NCBI GenBank assembly: GCA_964016885.1
Contig: OZ024748.1
Location: 8,618,001-8,682,000, forward strand
Length of the DNA stretch: 64,000 bases
Source: Eledone cirrhosa
Lineage: Eukaryota
Direction of reading: 5' to 3'
Shown one piece after another: positions 42,473-56,151 of this stretch (the stretch's first letter is position 1; every line of letters starts with the position of its first letter). The translations under genes were made by a program, and so were the position numbers. Below the pieces are notes generated by a model, which saw nothing but the letters and a program-made list of their open reading frames with translations, ran no database searches and had not been told where the DNA came from.

Positions 42473-43158
42473 CATATACGTATATGTGCGTGTGTGTGTC
42501 TTTTTTCATTAGGGCTCGGAGAATTATTAAAGAATTATGAATTTTTATTTTTCTCTTTCACATGGAACGTGTATTGTCAATATACTTAAAGCCTGGAAAA
42601 TGTCCTTGTATATCAAGTGAATTAAGTTTTGATATGCTGTTTAAAAGGTTAACTTTTGTTGTGTTGCTAACTTAATAAAGTCAGCAATTTACAAAATTAT
42701 CAAATACCACATTTCAACTGGAAAGAATCGTGAATGCTACGGAAGTTTTCTGTGTTTTGCTCCTGTTGGTGCAATTACGGAACCATTCTATTTGAAATTC
42801 TTGCATCGGATTAATATTGCTTCGATAAACAAACAGCAAAATGTTTACGTTTGCATGACAGATATTCTAGGCCTGAGTTTATTAAAATTTCTTGAAGTGA
42901 AATTTCATAACTTGAGAAATGGTTGAAATTGCGATAAAAATGTTATTAACATTTTGCGGTGGACTATATGTTGTCTTCCGAATATTTTCTTTCATTTCTA
43001 AGTTCGTAAGATTTTGTCCATATCTGTTGTAATCTGTATTACATTAAGGAATATAGAAACTACATGATGTTAGGGAGATTGTATTTAGCTTTATGCAGGA
43101 AGTTTTCCGGTGAGAGAGTTTAGTATAAGTTCTGAGATTTAAAAGTAAGAATTATAAT

Positions 43159-43378
43159 TGTTTCGACTATAGGTACAAGATCAACAATTTGTCGGGAGGG
43201 AAAGTCGATTATATCAACCCCAGTGCATTACTAGTACTTTATTTCATCGACCCCGTAAAGGATGAAAGGCAAATTAACCTGGGCGTGATTTGAACCCAGA
43301 ACGTAAAGGGCCGCGACTCTAATTCACAAAGCAGAGAGTCGGGCGCTCTACCGATACTGCCAATCCACCACCCTCAAC
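43159..43378 (-). mobile_element. SINE family A, full length, 14-bp TSD
   Basis: A-box TGGCAGTATCGG, B-box GGTTCAAATCAC, central domain and tail. GTAAGAATTATAAT is duplicated at 43145-43158 and 43379-43392. Confidence 0.9.
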
Positions 43379-43558
43379 GTAAGAATTATAATGAGAAGAA
43401 GTGAGTTGTATCGATTAATGGAACGAATACTTCCAGTATTGGTTTGAAATGTCCCTGTTTGTTGTTAGTGGTAAAAAAGAAAACAGGAGAGGGGGCGGGG
43501 GGTGTTTGTGGTTGAACAGTGATTATAATTTGTGGTAACATTAACATTTCTTTAAACT

Positions 43559-43824
43559 GAAGCAAACATGCTGGGGAGAGTCATCACCAGTGATGAGCCT
43601 TGGGGACCCGTTTACCGGATGTGGAAGCCACCAAGAGCACCGTGACGATATATCTGCGGTGAATCCCGGGAGAATCCTTCCTGCAGTTCATGGAGGCATG
43701 GCGGAGAAGGATGGGAAAGTGCATTAGACACGAGGGGAATCATTTCACAGAAAAAACTTGAGGTTTGTAGTTTGGAATATATATATATATAGCAACCCCA
43801 GTCCTGTATCTGACACACCTCATA
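43559..43824 (+). mobile_element. Mariner-like transposon remnant with internal deletion and right TIR
   Basis: MLGRVITSDEPW (ITGDE.W motif) is joined to GTRLPDVEATKSTVTIYLR*IPGESFLQFMEAWRRRMGKCIRHEGNHF (mariner C-terminus). It ends CTGACACACCTCA-TA, resembling a mariner TIR plus TA target. Confidence 0.8.
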
Positions 43825-46080
43825 AACAGATGTAAGTAAATACTCTAGGTTATTTCACCCGATGTTCTATTGTTTCCGCCAGTCATTGGTTCTATAATTA
43901 CTAGAATACAACCACAATTATTGCCAATATCCTTACTGATGTGGGTGATACGTAATACAAACGATTGCTTTGTTGTAGAGATTTTGAAATATTTGTTTGT
44001 GTTCTGCGTCATCAAAATAACTACGGAATGATGTAACTGCCCAAATATCGTTCATGTTTAATTAATTCTTCACATCCATTCTATGAGGATTTCGTCACAT
44101 AATTTTTATAATTTTATTACATTTGCAATATGAATTTCTTCGACACTTCCCAATATTGTGTATAATCAAGTTTCAAAGAATAAAATTGTACGGCACCATG
44201 AAAGTATTTAGTGTTAAAGCCAACACATAGTTTCGATTATATAAAATGGGAGTGTTTCATCACAACTTTACAATCGATGTATGAATTCTGCAATACAGCC
44301 GATAACTAATCAATAATATATCGTGTTTAAATCTATAGAAACAGTATTTTGTTGCTCTTTCTCTTGTTTAGCTTCAATACGGAAATAACAATGGTGATTT
44401 GTAGCTGTTTTTATATTATTTGCATATGAACTAAAAAAACATAACTGCAATAGTTGTAGGTTAATTCTGCTTGCTAGTGTCAACATGCCAAAATATTGAT
44501 GTCCAGGTCAGACATAAATTTGTTTTCAATTGAATTAACACGGATTATTCATCTTTATTAAGTTATATGATATGAAACTATTTGATATCTAGTTATCTGA
44601 TGCTAATTACAGGGGTGTTGCAGAAAAATTGTTCTTCATAATTCAATTAAACGATTACTAGCTATTTTAAGATATCTCTCCATTGAATTCACTCATAACG
44701 GTCTACATATTTACATTGAATTTGATATGCTTCTCTGTGTTGGGTAACAAATACCTTATTCCTTTCTCAGTGTACAGTAAAGTGTTAGAATTAGCAATTT
44801 AGATATATATTGTGTTTTTCTATGGATTTATTATGTGTAATATTCTATAAAAAATATTTATTAAACTACCTATGTGTTGTTTTGTTTAAATAAATATTTC
44901 AAACTCTTTCCATTCTGTAAATAGTTTTAATTCAGCGAAACATTCCCCGAAATATGTAACTATATGAAAATGACAATGCTGAATGCGAAATGTTTAGCAA
45001 ATTTCTGAATCAGTTGATTTGCATATTTGCATATCTTCTAGAGAAGGACCGCAGAAGCCAACGGATTTGTCATTTTATGTTTAACTGTGTCTTCTTCTAC
45101 GACATAATTTATTCCATTAACAAGTTAGATTGTTTTTCTTTTACAAAATGTGTTTGAAAACATCATTATAATTCGGACAGTATGTTCATTAAGTTTACGT
45201 TAATGAATTTAGATAAATTCAAATATAAATAACATCACAAAAATACTTAATTAATTGTGAATTTGTTTGATTATGTGATTTAGATTTACAAACAAGAATC
45301 TATTTAGAGAGTATATATTTTTATAAGTTTAATTACATATCCTAGTCTAGAAATCTTCAAGTCTCCAACTAGTCTGGAAGGAGCACATCATCTTGGCATC
45401 GCTATTTAAACATTCAGGTGGCAATTCTTTCAAATGAGTGCAACGAAATGTTAATAAGTTTTAAATATTCAAATTATAATCTTGAAACAGTTTTCATGAA
45501 AAAATATTTTGTAATATATTACACTTTTCACATAATTCAACGCATTTATATCTTTTCCCATTAGAGACGTAAAATTAAGTTAAGTATATTCTATTTTCTC
45601 TACTTATTCTTGTATCTAAATACGTTTGCAGTCCTCCACAACAATAGTTTGGACATACTGTCTACATTTCGATAGCAATAAGTTTCAAAAACAAGATAGA
45701 GATTGGCGACCAATAAACAGTGCTCATATTTATAATATCTGACAACATTGCCATATTTTTATAGTCAACCAAACTTCTTAACTATAATTATACCACATGG
45801 AATAGATGCAACAATATGAGTGTTTCCAAAAGTTTTAGAAATTGCAGAGTTAAGTAATTCGTCAAACAATCGCTACACAACTCTACGTTCTCTTCTCCAC
45901 GTAACACTTAGATAACACTGAGATAATTCTAGAGAATATATAACATGTGAGGGGGGCCATGTTTTACAGTAAAATACACACTTGTTAGGATTCGAACCTA
46001 TGTGTTTAATATACCTGTTTAAAGATGTTTTGGGACATTTTTCATATTGTTTTCTATTAATTTTCATTCGAACTTACAAA

Positions 46081-46215
46081 TAATTGTTTATACTTTTTGG
46101 CACAAGGCCAACAATGATCCCAGTGTATTACTGGTACTTTATTCTATCGACCCCTTAAGGATGAAAGGCAAAGTTAACCTCAGCGGGATTTGAACTCAGA
46201 CCGCAAAGCATGGCG
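46081..46215 (-). mobile_element. SINE family A, 5'-truncated and internally shortened, 14-bp TSD
   Basis: TTCGAACTTACAAA at 46067-46080 and 46216-46229 flanks family A sequence. Confidence 0.9.
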
Positions 46216-46502
46216 TTCGAACTTACAAAAAATGATGTTTTAATTAATGTCGAAAAAAAGTACCAGTGGAATGTCGGGGTAGATTCTTCCTCTACATCTC
46301 TTTCTAACTTTCATCCTTTCACTCACTCTCTATCCTTCTCTAGAAGAAATCTGCTGTATTCAAACCTGGAGAGGAAATGGACTACACCAGGCTTTACAAA
46401 ATGTCCCTAGAAACACAGTATGTCAATGTGGCGCCTCTACAACTCTCTCAGGAGTTGCGGGACCACCTATCTACACATTAATATGTATATAGTATATATA
46501 AT

Positions 46503-46587
46503 TGTTTCTACTTTAGGCACAAGGCCAGCAATTACCCAGTGTATTACTGGTACTTTATTTTATCGACCCCGTAAGGATGAAAGGCAA
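46503..46587 (-). mobile_element. SINE family A, 3' half, 12-bp TSD
   Basis: AGTATATATAAT at 46491-46502 and 46588-46599. Confidence 0.9.
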
Positions 46588-46974
46588 AGTATATATAATA
46601 ACAGATATATTTAGATCTGCATCAGTAACGGTTTGAGGACCTAAAGAAGTCTATTGCCTCACAAGTGTACTATTAAAGAATGTAAATAAAAATTAATTTA
46701 GAGAGATATTCAATTTTATTGTAGAAGTAATACAGAGGCAATTCACTTATATTGGAAATGTTGCCCGTTTGTATGTACGCCATTTTCCTATTTCTTTATA
46801 ATCATCAGTAAGCTAATTATGGCCCTCTCTTATATTGTAATGTTAAAACTTAATCATTTCTAAACACCAATTATCAATACCAAAATATAGAAGCAAAAAC
46901 AAACCCAGTGTCTCATTTTTGTTACAATTCTCTTTAATACCAGATTCAGTGAATACACACATATACATATATAA

Positions 46975-47009
<35 letters not shown>

Positions 47010-47833
47010 ATATATACAGAGAGAGAGAGGGATAGAGAGAGAGAGAGGTGTACCCACAGTACGTACTCCAGTTCGTGTGATCTTATGCATAAAGCTATCT
47101 GTCTGAATAGAAATGTAGAGATCAGCCATTATGAAATAAGTTTCGTCTTTAATAAGAAAAAAAAAATAGCCTAATTTTCTTGTCTTATTAAAAGATGTTT
47201 TTTAATGACATTTACTAGAACAAAATGTGTAACATATTTTAAAACCTACATAAAATATATTTTTTCAGAGAAAAATTGATTTTTTAAAAAAGATTTTATT
47301 TCTTTGAATATAATGTTCTTAACTTTTTTATTCCGCTATTACGACTTACATTAAAAATTAGTTTGATAATTTTTTTTCCTATATTTCACAAAAATCTTTC
47401 ATAGTTTATGATTGCTACAGTAATAATTATTGAAATTAATAAAAAAAAATCTAAAGTAAAAACATGAATTTTTTTGCTTTACATCACGTTGAAATTTAAT
47501 ATGGAATATAAAATAAAAGCTTTTGCTATATTGATCTCTTTGTTGTACCAGAAATAAATGGGCCAAGAAGAAGAAATCTCATAGTAAGTTGCAATATAGA
47601 GTAGTTCTCTTGTACTGATAAAACTGTTAGTTCAATGTACGAAGAAAAAAATTCTCTACTTTAATGTATTCATATATTTTATTCAGATATTTATTATATT
47701 TATTGTATTAATATAATTCTATTTTATCTTTAGTACTTAACTATATAGTATTATTCCTGGCGTTAACTGTAGTTTGTGATCATACATATTTTGTACTAAA
47801 GTTTCAAGTGTTTGACATCATCACAGGAAGAAG

Positions 47834-47918
<85 letters not shown>

Positions 47919-48873
47919 ACTCTTTTTCTCCCTATGACAACTAGTGTAGGCTTAAATAACCAATTCTTACATTTAACAGAAGCAATGAAAAAGCCTCAAA
48001 GCAAGTTCGCGATTTGCTAGAAACAGCTGCCAAATCACCTGACTATTTTAGTCACACTTTGTGGATGTGTGTGTGTGTGTGTGGAGTGTGTGGTGTGTGG
48101 TGTGTGTGTGGTGTGTGGTGTGTGTGGGTGTGTGTGTGGAGTGTGGTGTGTGTGTGTGGAGTGTGGTGTATGTGTGGTGTGTGGTGTGTGTGGTATGTGT
48201 GTGGTGTGTGTGTGTGGTATGTGGTGTGTGTGTGTGTGGTGTGTGGTGTGTGTGTGTGATGTGTGGAGTGTGGTGTGTGTGTGGTGTGTGGTGTGTGTGT
48301 GGTGTGTGTGTTGAACAAGGAACATAAAACCAAAGTCGAAGATAGGTTCTTAACGAGTTCATTTCATTCCTTTACCGACTTCCATTTCTCCCTCACTCCT
48401 TCACTCTTTCCAGAGTATCTTCTTCATAATCTTCCTTCTCAGATCCTATCTCTGGCCACTCCTTCTCAATCTCTTTCTACGCCATCTTTTCTTTCTTTCA
48501 TCGTTCTCCTTCTCAATCTCTTTCTACGCCATCTTTTCTTTCTTTCATCGTTCTCCTTCTCACTTTCTTTCGTTCTCTCATTCACTTCAGCTCTTTCTAT
48601 TGTTCTTTCCTTCCCTTAAGCTTTTTCTCCTTCGTCGTTGCGTTTCTTCGTTCTTTTTCTTTCCCACTCTTCCCTACTCTGTCTTTTTCTGTACTTTTAT
48701 TTTTATCTATAAAAATATACGTCACAAACATACACACGCACACACGCATCTTGCACTCTTCATACACACACACACACAGACACACACACAAGAATTCTAA
48801 AGAATACAAAACACGGTTCAAACCCACATATTTATATACAAACGTATATAAAAAACATGTTCTTCAATGTTTC

Positions 48874-48923
<50 letters not shown>

Positions 48924-50360
48924 GCCTGCATATATACATACATATATATGTATACATGCCTACATATATACATGTATATGTATATATGGCTGTATATATA
49001 CATATATGTATGTATATATGCCTACATATATACATATATGTATATGTATATATGCCTGTATATATACGTGTGTAGTGTATACATGTATCTTCTTTGATCA
49101 GATTGCTATAAAATGTAAAAGAATCTACATAAAGAAATAAAACTAAGGAGAATTATTGTTCCCCTAAGGGTTCTATTTCTACTAACGATGCTGAGATTCT
49201 CTAGTATACAATGTACGAAGTATACACCCTAAGGCATCATTGTTTGTTGTACGTTGAAAAACTGCCTCAAACATATAGACTATGTAAATAATGAAAGTTT
49301 GGGTGAAAGATATCATTGCGGGGCTACACAAAAGAGAGTGTTAAAAAATACCCCTTTTACAAGCGACTCTTACTGATGGAAAATTATGATTCATTTCATA
49401 CGTCCCTAAATTTTCAAGAGAATACACCATAGAAAGAACAAACAATGTAAAGAAACATACCTAAACTTATTTATAACTGTTTTGGGGAGTGTATTTATTC
49501 TTATTTCCACCTATATTTTTCTCCGAATCTGAATATTTTGATACACATCACTAAAGTTAAATATATCAAGTATTTCTATTGAATATATTTCAAGCACCAA
49601 ACTGTTAGAAATGGGGGGAAAAAGTAAGAAAAATAAAGATTACAAAACAGATTCCAAATTTCCTGAAAGCTGCAAAAATGTTCTAAGATGTATATATATA
49701 AAAATAAACATAAAAATACTGCCGCAGGGTATGCACAAATTTAATAAGTGTGTGTAATAAAATATATGAAGTTCTTCTGTACATTAGAAAGTATGTAGAA
49801 CACAAAATAAAATTTAAAAGATGCTACCAAAAAGCCATACAAATTAAAAACATTAAGCGGTCATATTTAAACATCACATGAATAGAAATAATATAATGAA
49901 AATTTACCTAAAAATATCACATTAACATTTATTTGGTTTTATTTTTACTTTATATTTAAAATAGTTTGTTTTCCTTTGAATAGTAGATGTTTTGCTATAA
50001 AAATATACAAAAACAACCATCGTTTATGCTTTGTTTGTTTATTGTTTGAGTTCGTAGAAAAGAACTGTCAATAAACATTGTTAGTGTGAATTTAAAATTA
50101 AATGAGAATTACAATAAAGGACTTGTTGGCTAATATTTGACATAGGTTTTCAAACTTGATATACTCAACATTTTGAGCAATAAAATATCTGATCAAACTG
50201 CCATCAAGTCGGTGGATAAACATAGAAATTAGACAACACGTAAAATGTGTATGGCTTAATTTGTAATCCTGGTACATTGGTGGGTGGGGGTTAATGCTTA
50301 AATTCATAGTCTGTATCTATCGATAATCATCCGATTCAAGAAATTGTCAACAGAAAATAT

Positions 50361-50458
<98 letters not shown>

Positions 50459-50461
50459 TAA

Positions 50462-50507
<46 letters not shown>

Positions 50508-50512
<5 letters not shown>

Positions 50513-50702
50513 AACAAGTAAGACCCCGACAGCTGAGCTCAAGCCGTTTCGACGGCTAATTCTGTCACAGAATTAGCCGTCGAAACGGCTTGAGCTCAGC
50601 CGTCGGGGTCTTACTTGTTCCTATTACCCATTCTACTACCCTAAGTATTGAGTACTTTGGTGCGTTATGGTCCACCTGGTTCCTTACCACATTTCCTTCG
50701 TT
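50508..50702 (+). mobile_element. (TA)n-flanked fold-back module: 58-bp-arm hairpin plus ~78-bp tail, Penelope-like terminus
   Basis: 50508-50565 and 50567-50624 are reverse complements with 1 mismatch and a 1-nt loop. Contains GCCGTCGAAAC, like the 3' core of a hammerhead. Both ends abut TA tracts. Confidence 0.65.
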
Positions 50703-50718
50703 ATATATATATATATAT

Positions 50719-50785
<67 letters not shown>

Positions 50786-51049
50786 TGAATGTGAGGGTGG
50801 GAGGGCTTTTGTGTGTGTCTGACGAAGAATGGTTTTTCCGAAGACCACATCTAAATATTCTGTCCATTAATTGAATCCACATTATGATCGTAGGTCCAAC
50901 ATCCTAGTGACTAAGCCATGTGACTAAGCCATGTGACTTCACCTTCGTTACATATCGAACATGAACGCTTCAGTTGTGTCCGCTGAAATCTACATGAATT
51001 TTCTGAATAGATCATCATGGATTTAGTAAAAATCTATTGTTTTCTAAAT

Positions 51050-51290
51050 ATTTCTTTATTTGTTTGATCTGAGAGAAGGGGTTGTGTCTACAATCTTCTC
51101 TTTCACACAAAGACTGAGATCCGATTAAAGTTCCTGGTGAAAAGCTGAAAGTTGATAACCGCAGGAAAAGAAAGATCCAGAGGAGCGATGTTCTAAAGAA
51201 AAAGGACTAGATGTGTTTGTTATTGTGATATCTGGGGTTGGAGGTGTTGTCTTAACACATTTGGATCACGACAGGAGAAAACACAATTGA
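51050..51290 (-). mobile_element. Possible decayed CR1-group LINE 3' end
   Basis: Minus-strand fragments FFFRTSLLW...NFQLFTRNFNRI resemble SFF.RTS.LWNSLP...NLQ.FK. It ends AATAAAGAAAT. Confidence 0.35.
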
Positions 51291-52746
51291 CTTTCGATCT
51301 CATGATATAGTGTCAACATTCTTTCACGTGATATGTAGAAGTAGATCTCACGTTTCGGCGTTGAATTTCTTCTGGTGTTAATGTTTATTTTAATTTCACA
51401 GAGATCAATAATATTATATAAATATCAATAATATATTGCGTCGGTTCAATCAACAATATTATATCTTGTCAAATTACCACGACGTTCTCGTAATTATCCT
51501 CAATATCACCATTACTGTCAAGTTCAATAACTTGATGTTGGCGAGGATCATCATCACCATCATCATATCAAACCGCTTAATAAGATGTGACGAAAATATT
51601 CATCCAACATCGAAGGAGATAACAAGAGGGCGTCTTTACTAGAAACCACAGTTAAATCTCTTTCAAATAACCTTCTACTGCCGTAAATAATATATATTGA
51701 ATAATATAGCCTGATATTTAAAAAACAGACTTCATATTCACGGCTATAATTTATGCAATTTTTTTTTCTCCACGGGTTTAACACGAAGTTAAACAACAAC
51801 AATTACAACAATAATAATATTAATGGTTCTTGATATAGGCACAAGGCCAACAATTTAAATGGTTTCATGGCTGGAATCTATATGATCTTAGGTGGTAGTT
51901 CTGCTCAAAATAACTAGTAATCCCTTTGGTAACTTTGAGCATATTCTGTGTCGAATGGGATCAGATTGTTCTAAATTAACTGCATATTATAATGGTCTAC
52001 TTCCCATTACATCAGCCGAAAGTCATGTCTTTTCTCTCATTCCCCATAACAGTCTCAGAGATCCTGCAGGCGCTACGAGCATTATTCGTCTTCCTCTTAT
52101 TAAGTCATAAAAACAAAGTGTTAGAAACGACGGCTGTTCAATGCACCAAACTAAATTAGGCGTTTTGCTTTAAATAACAGATCGATTTTGATTTTCTTGT
52201 ACTCTTTATTAGTATTAGATTAATACAGCAGTGTGAATACGTTGGCATACTATAGTAAAATAGGTATAAATATATCTCCATCATTACTACTGTAATACTT
52301 AACACAATTCCTTTTATAATTTAGCTTCCACACCAACGATTCTATCACAATTTTTCACAGATTCATCTTTAGATTTGTCTTTAATTGCAAATAGAAAACA
52401 GAATTTAATGGCATTCTTCAAGGAACAAGAAAATGTTGTTGCTAACTCTGATGAAAATAAAATAATTGAAATTAACAAAAATAATGCGTTACTAATTTAA
52501 AAGAAAATAACGTGAATACATTTATCGACTAAAATGATGGTAGCTTTTATCTGCAGCAAAAACAGCTTAGTAGAGACAAAACACAACACAATAAACGAGA
52601 AAACAATACTCTGAACAAATATATATATAAATAAGACATCTATGTGACACACAACACAGCATAACATAGAACACAGGTACATATACACACAGACAACAAC
52701 ACACACAAACATACACTCGCAAATACATAAACACACACTTATAAAG

Positions 52747-52777
<31 letters not shown>

Positions 52778-52866
52778 CACTCTTTAATACATATGTATAT
52801 GCAGACATATATACATGTGTGGTGTGTGTTTGTGCGTGTGTCTGTGTATATGTGGTCACAATATTA

Positions 52867-52963
<97 letters not shown>

Positions 52964-53037
52964 ACTGTATTGCATTCACACACGTGTGTTCAAATTCAAT
53001 TATATATCTATAAATAACAAATAATATTTACCTTGTA

Positions 53038-53181
<144 letters not shown>

Positions 53182-53571
53182 TATACAACCCAAATGCATC
53201 TAAGAAGATAAGAAAAAAACGCTCTGAACATTTGGGAGATTTTCTTAATAGAAAGATGCATTTCTTTAAAACGTTTAAAGAGTGCCTTCGGGGACATGGA
53301 CGTCTTTACAGCGATTCACTGCCTCTGCTAACTGGTCTATCTTTCGAATTAGGACATTATTTTATTTTATTCAACAACAAATATACGATTATTAGATATT
53401 TCTTCCCATTCCTTCATTGCTGTCTTTTTTTCTTCTTTACCCCTTCCTTATTTTTATATTGTTTCCAAAGTTATTTTCCATTAATAACTTTTGTTTTACC
53501 TATTTGCTTGAATCATATACATACATAAATCATGCATATATACATACATACGTACACACATACACACACAC

Positions 53572-53630
<59 letters not shown>

Positions 53631-53770
53631 TGTATATGTATTTATATATGTGTCTGTGTGTATGTTTGTATATATATATATATATATAAAATATATATAT
53701 ATATATAAAATATATATATATACATACATATATGTATATGTATGTATATATGTGTCTGTGTGTATGTTTG

Positions 53771-53967
<197 letters not shown>

Positions 53968-54547
53968 ATATAGGCATCTTATTTTTAAAAGCTTCTAAAG
54001 CGAATATAACATACATGAAAGAACAAAGAGAAATAGAGTAGATTCTGTATATTTTGGTGAATTGACTGTTAAAACATTCGATTTAGCTCGTGATTTGCTT
54101 GTTTCTTTTTTTCTTTCTTTCTTTTCCGTTTTGAGACTTTTGCACCGCTATCATAGACATCAACTAATTCGAGCGCCGTCTCAGTCGAATGACGGTTTTA
54201 TTACATCAGATAAGAAAAGGAAAAAAAAACGTCTTAGATAGAAAATATGTGAATTAAATTGAGTTCTCTTAAAAGCACATAGTCTTTTCAATTAGTTTGT
54301 GATGTATGTTGTATGTTTTACAGAAGAAGAAGAATGAAAAATGCAGAAGAAAGAAAAAATAAAGACGAAAGTATATCTAGCATTTGAAACGTCTTTTAGA
54401 GCGAAGTGAGAGACATTGCTGCTATTGTAAAGAAATCTTGTCAATAATTTCTGTAGTTAAATTGTTAAGTAAAAAATTGTTTTAGGAATCGAGTGTTTAT
54501 CGTACATGTACATACGTTTGCACATGTATGTAGGTATATATATGTAA

Positions 54548-54599
<52 letters not shown>

Positions 54600-54618
54600 G
54601 TATATATATGTATATGTT

Positions 54619-54649
<31 letters not shown>

Positions 54650-54777
54650 GTGTATATATATCTATATATATATGTGTGTGTGTGTATATATATATATGTA
54701 TATATATATATGTGTGTGTATATATATATGTATATATATACATATATGTATACACACATATATATACACACACATAC

Positions 54778-54853
<76 letters not shown>

Positions 54854-54978
54854 TTATATATATATACTTATATATACGTATATATGTACATATATATTTT
54901 GTAACTATACATGTAGTTTAAGATTAAAAAAGACAAACACAGACAACAATTACTCTAAGTCCTATTACTTGTACACAT

Positions 54979-55067
<89 letters not shown>

Positions 55068-55922
55068 GGAGGGAGAGAGAAATACTTGATCTTATCACGT
55101 TGGAAATGTCAGTAACAAACCTTAATTTCATTTGTTTTGTCGATGGAAATTGCTAAAGAATTATTGAGGAGAAAACGCGACTTGTTTCTGGTTATTCACC
55201 TTATCTTAACTGCTGCTTCTCATAATTTCTCTTACAATTTACTCTATTAATCCGTTTATTTTATTTTCTAGTCCCAGAACGGGCGCTTGCGGATAAGAAA
55301 CATCCGCTTTTGTCTTTTCTAACTACTATTGAGATGTTAGTGTTTACTTTTTAAGTTTCTTTTAAGAATTTGGTCATAATACCTTCGTTAAATATAGAAT
55401 GTTCTTTGCGCAAGAAGCTTTTCTAAAACTTTAAGTAAATTTTCGTAATGCATATTTTCATAATGTTTTCTGTACAGAGGACAGATCCAGAAATATAAAC
55501 ACGTTTGTTGGCCAGTCTCTAGCTTCATTTAATTTATATTTCTCTTGTAACAGTATATTAAATATAATATTCACGGTTTTTTTTTCTTTAATTTGGTTTT
55601 CTCGCTTTGTGTATCTCTCTTGTTTTTATCTAATTGTAAGGGATGTTCGTTACCTCTCCAAGTTTGTCGTAGCTTACTAGCCTTACACGAACGTGTAAAT
55701 AGATTAAATAAACAGATATATGCCATAGTCGATAGAACTTTCGATAAAATTCCTTACAATATTTGATATGGATCACTGCGTTCCGAGTTCAAATAGCACC
55801 GAATTCAACTTTGATCTCTATTTGTTCTGAGTTATATATAATCAGGAATCCAGAGTAGTAGATTTGTGAAATTGGTAGAGAATCGAACGGGATCCCCTCA
55901 GTCGATTTATTCTGAGTAAAAA

Positions 55923-56058
55923 CAGCTGAGTCGACTGGAGCAAAGTGAAATCAAGTGTTTTCCTTAAGAACACAACACACCGCTCGGTCCAGGATCCGAA
56001 CTCACAACCTTACGATTGTGAGCTCGACGTTCTACTAACCACTAAGCCACGCGCCTTC
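55923..56058 (-). mobile_element. tRNA-derived SINE family B (CORE-like), 5' part
   Basis: Minus strand: GAAGGCGCGTGGCTTAGTGG (A-box), GAGTTCGGATCC (B-box), GTTGTGTTCTTAAGGAAAACACTT...TTGCTCCAGTCGACTCAGCTG. Confidence 0.85.
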
Positions 56059-56066
56059 AACCCCCA

Positions 56067-56151
<85 letters not shown>

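Noticed and set aside
50819-50846. CTGACGAAGAATGGTTTTTCCGAAGA hammerhead-like motif
   Set aside because: The GAAA box is broken, stem II is marginal and there is no stem III.
55923-56058. tRNA gene
   Set aside because: A and B boxes are present but there is no cloverleaf. It continues into a multicopy SINE body.
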